A stretch of DNA of 50,095 nt from a virus (lineage: Duplodnaviria; Caudoviricetes), in IMG/VR virus record IMGVR_UViG_3300033149_001537, positions 1 to 50,095 of that record; one strand, 5' to 3'. Of the stretch, positions 37,870 to 46,177 are shown in pieces. The notes beneath the pieces were generated by a model. That model was not told the origin of the DNA. It did no database searches and was given only the letters and a program-made list of their open reading frames with translations. Each line of letters opens with the position of its first letter. Position 1 is the stretch's first letter. The position numbers were made by a program, and so were the translations under genes.

Positions 37870-37916
37870 AAAAATTATTGCTCTTTTATTTTATAAATCG
37901 TTCACTGGAGGTAATT

Positions 37917-38057
37917 ATGTATTGCAAACATAAGGTGTCTGGCGTATCAGGCGAAATGTTAGTGTGTGTCAATACTCTTCTGTTTCGTTATTATGCAAAT
38001 GGGTATCAAATTGTTGAGTTACCTAAATCTGATTTGGATGAATTTGAAGAATTATAA
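37917..38057 (+). CDS. 46-aa hypothetical cassette protein (not in ORF track)
   Basis: GGAGG RBS; MYCKHKVSGVSGEMLVCV... Confidence 0.6.
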   Translation: MYCKHKVSGVSGEMLVCVNTLLFRYYANGYQIVELPKSDLDEFEEL

Positions 38058-38094
38058 TCCGTTCACTTAACACTACGGAGTCGCAAGAATCATC

Positions 38095-38221
38095 ACACAA
38101 CACAGAAAGGTTGCCATTGCGGGGGCTATCGGATGTCACGCTTGGTAGGCGGTCAAGGACATGCAGCGATATCGAGTGCCGGTAGTCGCCCACAACAGCA
38201 ACCATTTCTGGAACGTTGTGA
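38095..38221 (+). repeat. attC-like hairpin
   Basis: ACACAAC-A-CAGAAA-GGTTGC...GCAACC-A-TTTCTG-GAAC-GTTGTGA with an extrahelical base. Confidence 0.7.
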
Positions 38222-38361
38222 ACAATAGGAGACTGCTTTTTTATTATAGGTTTTCATGTTTCCATTTGGCTGATGGGGAATGGCACCGATGGTTTACCTG
38301 ATAGCTAGGGTTAAACATGCTGTAAAAAAACCATTTGTAATATTGAGGCAGTCTCCTACAA

Positions 38362-38418
38362 TTCACAACAAACAAAGGTTCTAATCTTGCAGACTAAAAC
38401 CGTTTGTCAACGTTGTCA
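38362..38418 (+). repeat. compact 57-bp attC-like site
   Basis: TTCACAAC-AAACAAA-GGTT...AACC-G-TTTGT-CAAC-GTTGTCA. Confidence 0.75.
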
Positions 38419-38450
38419 ACAATAAATTTTTCACTGGAGGTTATAGCGCT

Positions 38451-38669
38451 ATGAATAAAGAAGATGTTTTATTATTAGTTGATTCTATCATGCACAAACA
38501 TGCGTCTGCTTATCGAAACGAGGCGCGCGAAATGGTTGAATCAAAATTTTCAATTGACAACAAACAAAGTGAATCATTGCTTTGTGGGGTCAGCGGTTGT
38601 GGTGCCCCGTTAGTTGGTGGGTATTGTCAAAAACACCTTGATTCAATCCATCAAAAATTATGTCGGTAG
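38451..38669 (+). CDS. hypothetical cassette protein
   Basis: GGAGG RBS; C-terminus encoded within the attC-like site (DNKQSESLLC). Confidence 0.65.
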   Translation: MNKEDVLLLVDSIMHKHASAYRNEAREMVESKFSIDNKQSESLLCGVSGCGAPLVGGYCQKHLDSIHQKLCR

Positions 38670-38752
38670 TAGCGCAACGATACACATTTGTCAACGTAGT
38701 CCGGCAATCACGCGGTCAGGTTAAGCCGCGTACGAATTATAGGAGAATTGCT

Positions 38753-38926
38753 ATGAAGCGTGAATTAAGAGGAGTACAGGTAACATGTAAAGCTGGTGTT
38801 TATTATTTGCATGAGATAGAATCTATAACAATTGATTGTCACTTAGGTAGTTTGATATTAACCAAAGATGAATTGTTAAACTATCTTGAAAATCGCAATT
38901 CTCAAGAGGTAGAGCCCCGTGATTAG
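38753..38926 (+). CDS. hypothetical cassette protein
   Basis: AGGAG RBS before MKRELRG within ORF 38660..38926. Confidence 0.6.
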   Translation: MKRELRGVQVTCKAGVYYLHEIESITIDCHLGSLILTKDELLNYLENRNSQEVEPRD

Positions 38927-39025
38927 AATACAGAGCGCCGTTCATTACCATTCACTGATTTCTTACAATGTGAACGCATTGTCGAAAATATCGGCTGAAC
39001 CATATTATAAAAGGAGCTTAACGTT

Positions 39026-39307
39026 ATGAGATATAAATGTAATTATTGTAACAATGAGCCATGTTATTTTGATAGTTCCACGCCAGACAATCTTAAACCG
39101 GGGCTGTGTCCAATAGTTAAACAGGATGGCGAAACCTTTGATGGTGTTGATTGGCAACCAGCTCCTTTAAAAGCGGAATCAGCCGAGAAATCCGACAACA
39201 AACAAAGTGAATCATTGCTTTGTCCGGAATGTAATAGTGATGATATTGCTGATCAACCAAATAAACGAAATCATTGTCGTAGTTGTGGTAATTGGTGGAA
39301 ACAATAG
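39026..39307 (+). CDS. Cys-rich hypothetical cassette protein
   Basis: AAGGAG RBS; DNKQSESLLCPEC..CRSC. Confidence 0.65.
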   Translation: MRYKCNYCNNEPCYFDSSTPDNLKPGLCPIVKQDGETFDGVDWQPAPLKAESAEKSDNKQSESLLCPECNSDDIADQPNKRNHCRSCGNWWKQ

Positions 39308-39402
39308 CGCAACGATACACATTTGTAAACGTTGTCTCAAATGCCCAACACTTGGGAGTGACATTATTATAGGCTCGGCTTAACATTAACAAAGGAATAA
39401 AA

Positions 39403-39639
39403 ATGTTTTCAGTTGCCCAGAAAAAACAGATTGCTGAAGCAGTCGAAAAAACACTTCTCAGTTTTAACCATCCTGAGATGCCAACCGAACGCCCATTTTT
39501 TAAATTGCATGTCACTGGAAACAATACTATGTCATGGGCTGATATCGAACCAAATTGGACATACGAAAATCGTGAACCGGGAGTTAATCCATTTAATGAA
39601 GCAGTCGCCGAGCAGATGAATGAAGGTCACCGTGAATAG
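39403..39639 (+). CDS. hypothetical cassette protein
   Basis: AAGGA RBS, 78 aa. Confidence 0.65.
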   Translation: MFSVAQKKQIAEAVEKTLLSFNHPEMPTERPFFKLHVTGNNTMSWADIEPNWTYENREPGVNPFNEAVAEQMNEGHRE

Positions 39640-39672
39640 CGTAAGTGTTGGAGTGTTCACATCCGTTCACTG

Positions 39673-39806
39673 ATTTCTTACAATGCGTTCACATCATTTC
39701 GAGTCGTGAATGTCCACAGAGCGGGACATCTCACAACTCTCACAGGCTATCATTTTCAGGAAAGTACCCTGAAAACGACAGCCAATGTGAACGCATTGTA
39801 AGAAAT
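39673..39806 (+). repeat. ~130-bp structured repeat (type B), copy 2
   Basis: perfect 22-bp IR ATTTCTTACAATGCGTTCACAT / ATGTGAACGCATTGTAAGAAAT. Confidence 0.9.
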
Positions 39807-39837
39807 ATTCACTTTTGAGAATTATAGGAGGGTTTTA

Positions 39838-40119
39838 ATGGCTAAAAAACAACGTTACTGTGTTCAACAATTTGCTGATGCGATGGAAAGACAACTTGCA
39901 GCAAACGATTATAAAGGTGGGTGGCTTGATGAAGAGGATGATTTTCTTTGGTCAAAATTATTAGAGGAAATTAGCGAGTTTCGGCAGGTCTGTGATGGTA
40001 AAAATACACCTCAAAGGGAACGCCGAATTTTAAAGGAAGCCGCTGATGCCGCTAACATTATTATGATGATAGCAGACAATCAGACATGGAGGGGAAACCC
40101 TCTATCAGAGGAAGCGTGA
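39838..40119 (+). CDS. MazG-like all-alpha cassette protein
   Basis: KGGW, LLEEISE, KEAADAAN pattern. Confidence 0.5.
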   Translation: MAKKQRYCVQQFADAMERQLAANDYKGGWLDEEDDFLWSKLLEEISEFRQVCDGKNTPQRERRILKEAADAANIIMMIADNQTWRGNPLSEEA

Positions 40120-40124
40120 ATACA

Positions 40125-40188
40125 TCTTACAACGCGCAAAGGCAAAAATTGATGGAGCCAACTTCTGCCCTTTGCGAACACGTTGGGA
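40125..40188 (+). repeat. attC-like site
   Basis: TCTTACAAC-G-CGCAAAGGCA...TGCC-C-TTTGCG-AACAC-GTTGGGA. Confidence 0.7.
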
Positions 40189-40227
40189 GAAATTCCGTTT
40201 ATGAACGATTATTATAAGGAGGTCTAA

Positions 40228-40548
40228 GTGAAATCAGTTGAAGCGCGGTATATGAATGATGCAGAGTTTCATGCATTAGTTGACATGATGGTTAAAATGA
40301 TATTTGATTATCAATATACTCCATCGGAAATGCGAGAGGCTGCGATGTTTGCCTGTGTAAAAGCCGAGATGATCCGACCTCCTGAATCTATGGTAGCATT
40401 GCGCTCCACAACTCCTAACACGACAAAGGCTACAATTGCAGTAAGTAAAGAACAGGCTATCAATTTTGCAACATGGTGGTATGGCCCGGAACAAAAGGGT
40501 AAAAATACCGCAGAGGGGTTTGATATCTGGTGGGCGCAACAGCACTAA
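40228..40548 (+). CDS. hypothetical cassette protein
   Basis: AAGGAGG RBS; overlaps the attC-like site 40412-40565. Confidence 0.65.
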   Translation: MKSVEARYMNDAEFHALVDMMVKMIFDYQYTPSEMREAAMFACVKAEMIRPPESMVALRSTTPNTTKATIAVSKEQAINFATWWYGPEQKGKNTAEGFDIWWAQQH

Positions 40549-40605
40549 TTTGCCGAACGTTGTCGAAAACTCCATCATTAAAACAATTATTATGAGGAGG
40601 CATTA

Positions 40606-40893
40606 ATGTCAATATGGGAATATTTGCGAATGCGGATACAGTCAGCGGAGTCTATTCTTGCCTCTGAAGAGTTGGCGGGGAATGTTCCGAAAGCGATGGC
40701 TGAGAAAGCCGCAATAGCTGAGTTGCGAGGGGTTGAGGATTTTTTAAACAATGCCTCCAAAAGCTCTGAGGTTCCAATACCGTGTGATAATATGAGTTGT
40801 GATAATTACTGTGACGATTTTGGAAACAACAATTGTGATAATAAAGATTTGTCTGATATCAGACGGTGTATAAATTATAGTCCGGAACGATAA
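40606..40893 (+). CDS. hypothetical cassette protein
   Basis: GAGGAGG RBS; Cys-rich C-terminus. Confidence 0.65.
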   Translation: MSIWEYLRMRIQSAESILASEELAGNVPKAMAEKAAIAELRGVEDFLNNASKSSEVPIPCDNMSCDNYCDDFGNNNCDNKDLSDIRRCINYSPER

Positions 40894-40978
40894 CCGTTTC
40901 TGGAACGTTGGAATACAATCCCATCTAAGCTTTGAGCGCGAGATTAATTATAGATTTTTAATTTCAAAGGAGAATAAC

Positions 40979-41143
40979 GTGGAGGCAATACAGATAGTGT
41001 GGGGAATTTCTACTATAGCATGGTTGGGAGTTTATATTATAAACAAATTTCAAAATCACGAATATTTTATAATGGCCCTATGTTCGTTAATCCTAATGAT
41101 ATTGAATGAAATTAAAAACAAAATAGGAACGCACAATGAATAG
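40979..41143 (+). CDS. 54-aa membrane protein (not in ORF track)
   Basis: AAGGAG RBS, GTG start, two hydrophobic segments. Confidence 0.55.
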   Translation: MEAIQIVWGISTIAWLGVYIINKFQNHEYFIMALCSLILMILNEIKNKIGTHNE

Positions 41144-41555
41144 CATACCAAAATCAAAACAGTTAGCATACCGGCACAAACGCAGGAATGGTACACCAGC
41201 CATTAAAGAAGATGCTTTACAGAAACAGGCTAATGACTACTTAGAATTGAAGCGAATACGTTATATACGGATACCGGATGCAATTTGGCGGTGGTTAGCA
41301 TATAAGGCAAGTGAGTACGTCAAAAAATGGTTTCGATTTATCTTCGGGGGGATTCCGGATAATATTTGTATTATTCCGATAAATGATAAATATAACTTGT
41401 GTCTTGCACTGGAACTGAAAACGAAGACGGGCAAGCTTCACGGTAAGCAGAAGCATTGGAGCAAAGATTTGGCAGTACAGATAAGCCGTACCCCCGAAGA
41501 CACTATGCAAATAATAGATGAATTTATAAACGAAGCAGAAAGGATGAAAACATGA
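41136..41555 (+). CDS. VRR-NUC-like nuclease
   Basis: E..LQ, GIPD, ALELKT..GKL..KQ..W. Confidence 0.8.
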   Translation: MNSIPKSKQLAYRHKRRNGTPAIKEDALQKQANDYLELKRIRYIRIPDAIWRWLAYKASEYVKKWFRFIFGGIPDNICIIPINDKYNLCLALELKTKTGKLHGKQKHWSKDLAVQISRTPEDTMQIIDEFINEAERMKT

Positions 41556-41737
41556 GCACAAGCATAGAAGAAGCACGCCAAATAGACCGTACCGGGAAAT
41601 GTAACAATGAGGAGCCTACAATAGAAACCTGTCAGCATTGCCCTGAGATTAACTGTGAGGGTAGAATAAAGAACCGCCTCGAAGACCAAAACGAAATGAT
41701 AAGAAATTTTTTACCTATTTAAACGAAAGGAAGTTTT

Positions 41738-41953
41738 GTGAACGAAATAGCAATTGCAGTATTCGCAGTTATAGGTATAATTGTTATGGCAGCGGGATTT
41801 GGATTGATTCTTGCGTTTCCTATTATGTGGTGTTGGAATTATGTAATGCCCTATCTGTTCGAGTTTAAAACTATCACATGGGGGCAGGCGTGGTGTTTGA
41901 ATTTTCTTGCACATTTATTGGTAAAAGCAAGCCAGACAAACAATAATAAATAA
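41738..41953 (+). CDS. membrane protein
   Basis: hydrophobic; WCWNYVMPYLF..ITWGQAW. Confidence 0.65.
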   Translation: MNEIAIAVFAVIGIIVMAAGFGLILAFPIMWCWNYVMPYLFEFKTITWGQAWCLNFLAHLLVKASQTNNNK

Positions 41954-42114
41954 ATCAACATTATTTCTTGTAATAGCTTATATTATAGGTATGACACGGA
42001 ATCACCTTGAAAATTTTATTACATAATTTGCGACCAGCAGGACGGATGCGCTTGTATCCTACCACTTTCATTTCCGTGTCTAGTGGGCTGGTCGCTATAT
42101 TATACTGAGATGCT

Positions 42115-42729
42115 ATGGCAAAGACTTGGTTTCAGCATGATATGAATGCAAGTGCGAAAGATGGATTGTCAACTTTATTAGTACAGAAAAACGGGTGTGA
42201 TTTATATGGTAAATTTTGGCTATTACAGGAGCACTTTTATTTCAGTCAAATGAACAGTGAAAAATTTAAAACAACTATCAGTATAAACGAAAGCACCATG
42301 TTAAAAGTATTGAAAACTAATCGGCGTAGATTGCCAAACATTTTGGAAACGTTCCGGAATATATTGGGAATAGTTTCCGAAACGTTTCAGAAACCTTTCG
42401 GAATAGTTTACGAAACCACTATACCTAATGCATTGATATATATAACAAAAAGGAACCAAAAAGGTGCTGATAAGATTGTAGATATAGAAGTAGAACAAGA
42501 TAAAGAACAAGAGAAAAAAGATTCGCCTGGCGGCGGTTTAAATTCAGAAGAACTTTTAAATGAAATGCGTCCTATAGTTTCAGCAATAAATGACGGTTGG
42601 AAAAAGATGTTACCTGTGATAAATGAGAAGTTTAATTTTGATTATGAGAATTGGGATGCACTTTCACAGGCACCGATAGAAGAATTAAAGAAGATACATT
42701 TTTTCATTAAATCTTATTCAGTGGAGTAG
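42115..42729 (+). CDS. putative replication initiator (DUF4373/Lin1244-like N-terminus)
   Basis: WFQHD..A, G..LYG.FW.L.E; internal iteron-like repeats; E.EQDKEQEK linker. Confidence 0.65.
   Translation: MAKTWFQHDMNASAKDGLSTLLVQKNGCDLYGKFWLLQEHFYFSQMNSEKFKTTISINESTMLKVLKTNRRRLPNILETFRNILGIVSETFQKPFGIVYETTIPNALIYITKRNQKGADKIVDIEVEQDKEQEKKDSPGGGLNSEELLNEMRPIVSAINDGWKKMLPVINEKFNFDYENWDALSQAPIEELKKIHFFIKSYSVE
42341..42418 (+). repeat. iteron-like repeats inside the initiator gene (candidate origin)
   Basis: GAAACGTTCC / GGAATAGTTTCC / GAAACGTTTC / GAAACCTTTC / GGAATAGTTTAC / GAAACC. Confidence 0.55.
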
Positions 42730-42732
42730 GTT

Positions 42733-43185
42733 ATGAAAGAAGAATATAAAGGTTTTGAGATTGAATATAGTGAATTTGGAGAAGAATTTCAAGCAAAAAT
42801 TGGTGACAGCTCTTATTCTAATAAATCCTTAACTAAAGTAAAAGAATATATTAATAAACTTCTAAAACCAAAATTCAAAAGAGTTCCTGTGTTGGTTGGT
42901 AAATATAAATCGGGTGGTCATGAATACATAAAAGCAGAACTAACATCAGAAATAACAGGAGAAAATTGGAAGGGAGAAGAGATAATTTATTGTTGGGTAA
43001 TTTATAATAACAAAAGCAGAAGCAAAGAAGAAATAACAAAAACCAAAAAAGATTGTCCTGAAAATTTAGATAAAATACAGACAATAAATGAATTCCATGA
43101 GAAAATAAAAATAATCCAACAAGAAATTGAGATAATAGAAGAATCATTATTGCCATACGAAAGCCAATTAAAACAAACGGAGTAA
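42733..43185 (+). CDS. hypothetical protein
   Basis: 150-aa ORF. Confidence 0.65.
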   Translation: MKEEYKGFEIEYSEFGEEFQAKIGDSSYSNKSLTKVKEYINKLLKPKFKRVPVLVGKYKSGGHEYIKAELTSEITGENWKGEEIIYCWVIYNNKSRSKEEITKTKKDCPENLDKIQTINEFHEKIKIIQQEIEIIEESLLPYESQLKQTE

Positions 43186-43188
43186 ATC

Positions 43189-43491
43189 ATGCAAGTATCC
43201 CAGAGACAATACAACGCATTAAAGAGTACTATCCGGTATTGGGAGACAGAGCATGAGAAGTATGGAACGGGTGAAATTCCTAATCACGGTAGATTAGAAT
43301 GCTATTTGTGCCAATTGTATTGGGACAACGACTGTAAAAGTTGCCCTATTAATATAAAAACCGGAATATTGTTTTGTGATGGGATACCCTACGATAAATG
43401 GGCGTTTGAAGGAAAAAACGAAATCGACCATCAAACCATAATAGACTGGATGAAAGCTCTATTAAAAGAGTGTAAGGTGAGGGCCCGATGA
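43189..43491 (+). CDS. Cys-rich hypothetical protein
   Basis: CYLC..CKSCP..C. Confidence 0.6.
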   Translation: MQVSQRQYNALKSTIRYWETEHEKYGTGEIPNHGRLECYLCQLYWDNDCKSCPINIKTGILFCDGIPYDKWAFEGKNEIDHQTIIDWMKALLKECKVRAR

Positions 43492-43658
43492 AAAAGCACA
43501 AGCATAAATGGATACTTGTTGATACGGTCTATGGTGATAAGTGGTGGTGTAAAATATGTGGTACAAAAAGGGAGCGTGTTATGAAATACAGGCGTTTAGG
43601 GTGCGGTTGTAGAGAGGGTTGTTTTGTTTTAGTATACCGCAAACCAAAGGGGGAATAG
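43488..43658 (+). CDS. small Zn-finger-like protein (56 aa, not in ORF track)
   Basis: ATGA overlap; HKHKW...WCKICG. Confidence 0.55.
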   Translation: MKKHKHKWILVDTVYGDKWWCKICGTKRERVMKYRRLGCGCREGCFVLVYRKPKGE

Positions 43659-43659
43659 G

Positions 43660-43827
43660 ATGAGTGCTTCAAAGGAATATTTGTGTTTTGATGTTGTTTC
43701 AGTAAAAATTACATCTCATGGTATTGAAGCCCTTACATTAGACACTAGAATTACTGAGCAACAAGCAAGGGTATTATTGAATGAGATAGGCGTGCAATTT
43801 AATTGGGATATTAACATTGATGAGTAA
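43660..43827 (+). CDS. small hypothetical protein (55 aa, not in ORF track)
   Basis: GGGGGA RBS; fills the gap between coupled ORFs. Confidence 0.5.
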   Translation: MSASKEYLCFDVVSVKITSHGIEALTLDTRITEQQARVLLNEIGVQFNWDINIDE

Positions 43828-44158
43828 CACCTATTTCACCTATCCAAGCGGTACAAAGATAACCTATTCTTTTTATTGGATGGTGGTTGGAAGGTGTGGG
43901 GGTAGCCACGATGAAGCCAAGAGGGTGTTCTACCGGGCGAAAGAGGCAAAAGACCCTGTTAAGTGGATAGTTAAAGGATTCAATAATATTATGGGGGGCT
44001 ATATACGCCTGCCTTGCAGGGATGAATACGACAACCCGAAAGCAGTTCAATCATGGATAGACAGTGTAATAAACAAAATAGCACTGGAGCCAAAGAAAAA
44101 AGTAGACAGGAAAGCGGCACCGGAAGGATTAGGTAATATTTTAAAGGATGTGTTATGA
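43817..44158 (+). CDS. hypothetical protein
   Basis: 113-aa coupled ORF. Confidence 0.6.
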   Translation: MMSNTYFTYPSGTKITYSFYWMVVGRCGGSHDEAKRVFYRAKEAKDPVKWIVKGFNNIMGGYIRLPCRDEYDNPKAVQSWIDSVINKIALEPKKKVDRKAAPEGLGNILKDVL

Positions 44159-44580
44159 AAAATAGGATGGTTAAACAATATATCTGTGATTTTTGTGGGA
44201 AAAAGGGACTAAGTGCAGCTCACATGACAAAGCACGAAAAGCATTGTACTATGAACCCTGGCAGAAAGTGCAGGATGTGTGCCTTGTATGATAACGAACA
44301 ATATCCACTAAGTGAATTATTGTCTATATTGCCTGAGCCAGATATTAAGCGCAAAGAAGATGAGTATGGTATAACAGAAAGTTGTGAAAACATCGAAGCA
44401 CTAGAAGGTGCTATGAAAATTTTAAGAGAAAAAACAGAAGGTTGTCCGATGTGTATATTTGCTACTATTAGGCAAAAGGGAATACATCCTAGCTATCTTT
44501 TTGATTATAAAAAAGAATGTAATCGGTTTTGGAAGGATTATAACGAACAACAATTACACGAAGACCGTTATGGTTATTAG
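44155..44580 (+). CDS. Zn-finger hypothetical protein
   Basis: CDFC..HEKHC, CRMC, CPMC. Confidence 0.7.
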   Translation: MKNRMVKQYICDFCGKKGLSAAHMTKHEKHCTMNPGRKCRMCALYDNEQYPLSELLSILPEPDIKRKEDEYGITESCENIEALEGAMKILREKTEGCPMCIFATIRQKGIHPSYLFDYKKECNRFWKDYNEQQLHEDRYGY

Positions 44581-44622
44581 GTAATATCATGAAAGGAATG
44601 GAAAAGTGATGGTGAGGATTAA

Positions 44623-44976
44623 ATGAAATCCCAAAAAGACAAAGTGCTTGAATGGCTGCAATCCGGCAAGCCTATCACGCCCAGGGAAGCTATAAATATG
44701 TGGCATTGTTACCGTGTGGGGGATGTTGTTTGGAAGTTGCAACAGGCAGGACAACCTATAATAAACGAAAACCCCAGAGGGCCGGGAATACCGGGGAAAT
44801 ATAGGTTAGTGACACCGGAAGTGTATAGAAAAGCCGAAAGTACCGTGAAGGAGCTTACAGACCCCTTGTGTGCTAAATTAGAATTGTATGAGGAACGCAA
44901 ACGCGGATATCCAGAGGGGCACAATCAAATACCGAAGATAAATACCCAGATAGAAAGGCTGAAATGCAGCAAATAG
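44623..44976 (+). CDS. winged-HTH DNA-binding protein
   Basis: Q..KVLEWL.SGKPITP.EA....CYR....W.L...G..I. Confidence 0.7.
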   Translation: MKSQKDKVLEWLQSGKPITPREAINMWHCYRVGDVVWKLQQAGQPIINENPRGPGIPGKYRLVTPEVYRKAESTVKELTDPLCAKLELYEERKRGYPEGHNQIPKINTQIERLKCSK

Positions 44977-45968
44977 ACTTAATAAATAGAATTATTCCGG
45001 GTGATGTGCTCGAGGCCCTCCGGTTATTTCCTGATAATTTGGTACAAACAGTTGTTACATCCCCGCCTTATTGGGGATTGAGAGATTACGGGGTATCCGG
45101 GCAGTTGGGCCTCGAGCAAACTCCGGAGGAATATATTTCTAAATTAGTTGAGATATTTGAGGAAGTTAAAAGAGTGTTGCGCCATGATGGTACGGTGTGG
45201 CTGAATATGGGGGATAGTTATGCACAAGGTGGGCGCGGTGGTGCCTTTTCTGAGAAGTCTGCAAAACAAGCTACCAATTTTGGATCGCTGTTGGGTCCTA
45301 AAAAAGCACCTGTAGGAATGAAACCGAAAGATTTGTGTGGTATTCCGTGGATGGTGGCTTTTGCACTTCGAGCCGATGGCTGGTATCTCCGCTCAGATAT
45401 TATATGGTCAAAGCCTAATCCCATGCCTGAATCAGTGACAGACCGGCCAACGAAATCACATGAATACATATTCCTGCTAACCAGGTCACCGAAGTATTAC
45501 TATGATGCGGATGCAATTAAAGAAAAAGCAGAAACGGCGCCTAATGACAAATCAGGACATAAGTTCGGTGGTAAAAAAAATAATACCGTTGAGTATACAC
45601 ACTCGAACAAACCAGGAAAAAAATGGGTACCTGAATATGGTGGAGGTGGTTCTAATTTTAAAGGACATTCAGGAAACCAAGGCGCCGATGGTACTATCTA
45701 CATTTTAAGAAACAAGCGCACAGTATGGGAAGTAGCAACACACCCATATCCAGAGGCTCATTTTGCTGTATTCCCTGAGAAATTGATTAAACCTTGTATA
45801 TTAGCAGGGAGTCCTGAAGGTGGTTTGGTACTCGATTTGTTCATGGGGAGTGGCACGACTGCGCTGGTAGCAAAAAACCTTAACCGAAACTATGTAGGCA
45901 TTGAATTAAACGCTGAATATATAAAGATGGCAGAGAAAAGACTATCTCAAACGAGATTAGACATATAG
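44964..45968 (+). CDS. DNA methyltransferase, N4-C/N6-A beta class (orphan)
   Basis: VTSPPYW N-terminal, IIWSKPNPMPESVTDR, DLFMGSGTT C-terminal. Confidence 0.95.
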   Translation: MQQIDLINRIIPGDVLEALRLFPDNLVQTVVTSPPYWGLRDYGVSGQLGLEQTPEEYISKLVEIFEEVKRVLRHDGTVWLNMGDSYAQGGRGGAFSEKSAKQATNFGSLLGPKKAPVGMKPKDLCGIPWMVAFALRADGWYLRSDIIWSKPNPMPESVTDRPTKSHEYIFLLTRSPKYYYDADAIKEKAETAPNDKSGHKFGGKKNNTVEYTHSNKPGKKWVPEYGGGGSNFKGHSGNQGADGTIYILRNKRTVWEVATHPYPEAHFAVFPEKLIKPCILAGSPEGGLVLDLFMGSGTTALVAKNLNRNYVGIELNAEYIKMAEKRLSQTRLDI

Positions 45969-46177
45969 AAAGGCTGAAACAATGAACTGCGATAATTTTT
46001 TATGTACTAAGTGGAATGTTAAATGTACTGATTCGGATGGTGAGGGGTGAGTGGCTAGGTGTGATTCCAAAAAAACATTTGATACACTACAAAAATATTT
46101 ACGTGAATCATATCCAGAAACAAAAATAGTAATGCTAGTGCCGGTATGGAATGAATTAAAGGAAAGGGCTGTTTCTG

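Larger units (their letters stand above)
36737..40913 (+). mobile_element. integron-like gene cassette array lacking an integrase (CALIN-like), ~11 cassettes
   Basis: recurrent AAC...GTT hairpins; junctions at 36737, 37138, 37471, 37863, 38215, 38412, 38696, 38978, 39331, 39795, 40182, 40559, 40907; most cassette 5' ends are complementary to their own downstream xxxxAAC site. Confidence 0.7.

Noticed and set aside
37702-37896. 64-aa ORF across the type B repeat
   Set aside because: It coincides with a structured repeat whose second copy has a different upstream context; probably non-coding.
36737-40913. Repeats read as a CRISPR array or a diversity-generating retroelement
   Set aside because: Spacing is gene-sized, repeats are imperfect hairpins, and no reverse transcriptase or adenine-specific TR/VR pair was seen.
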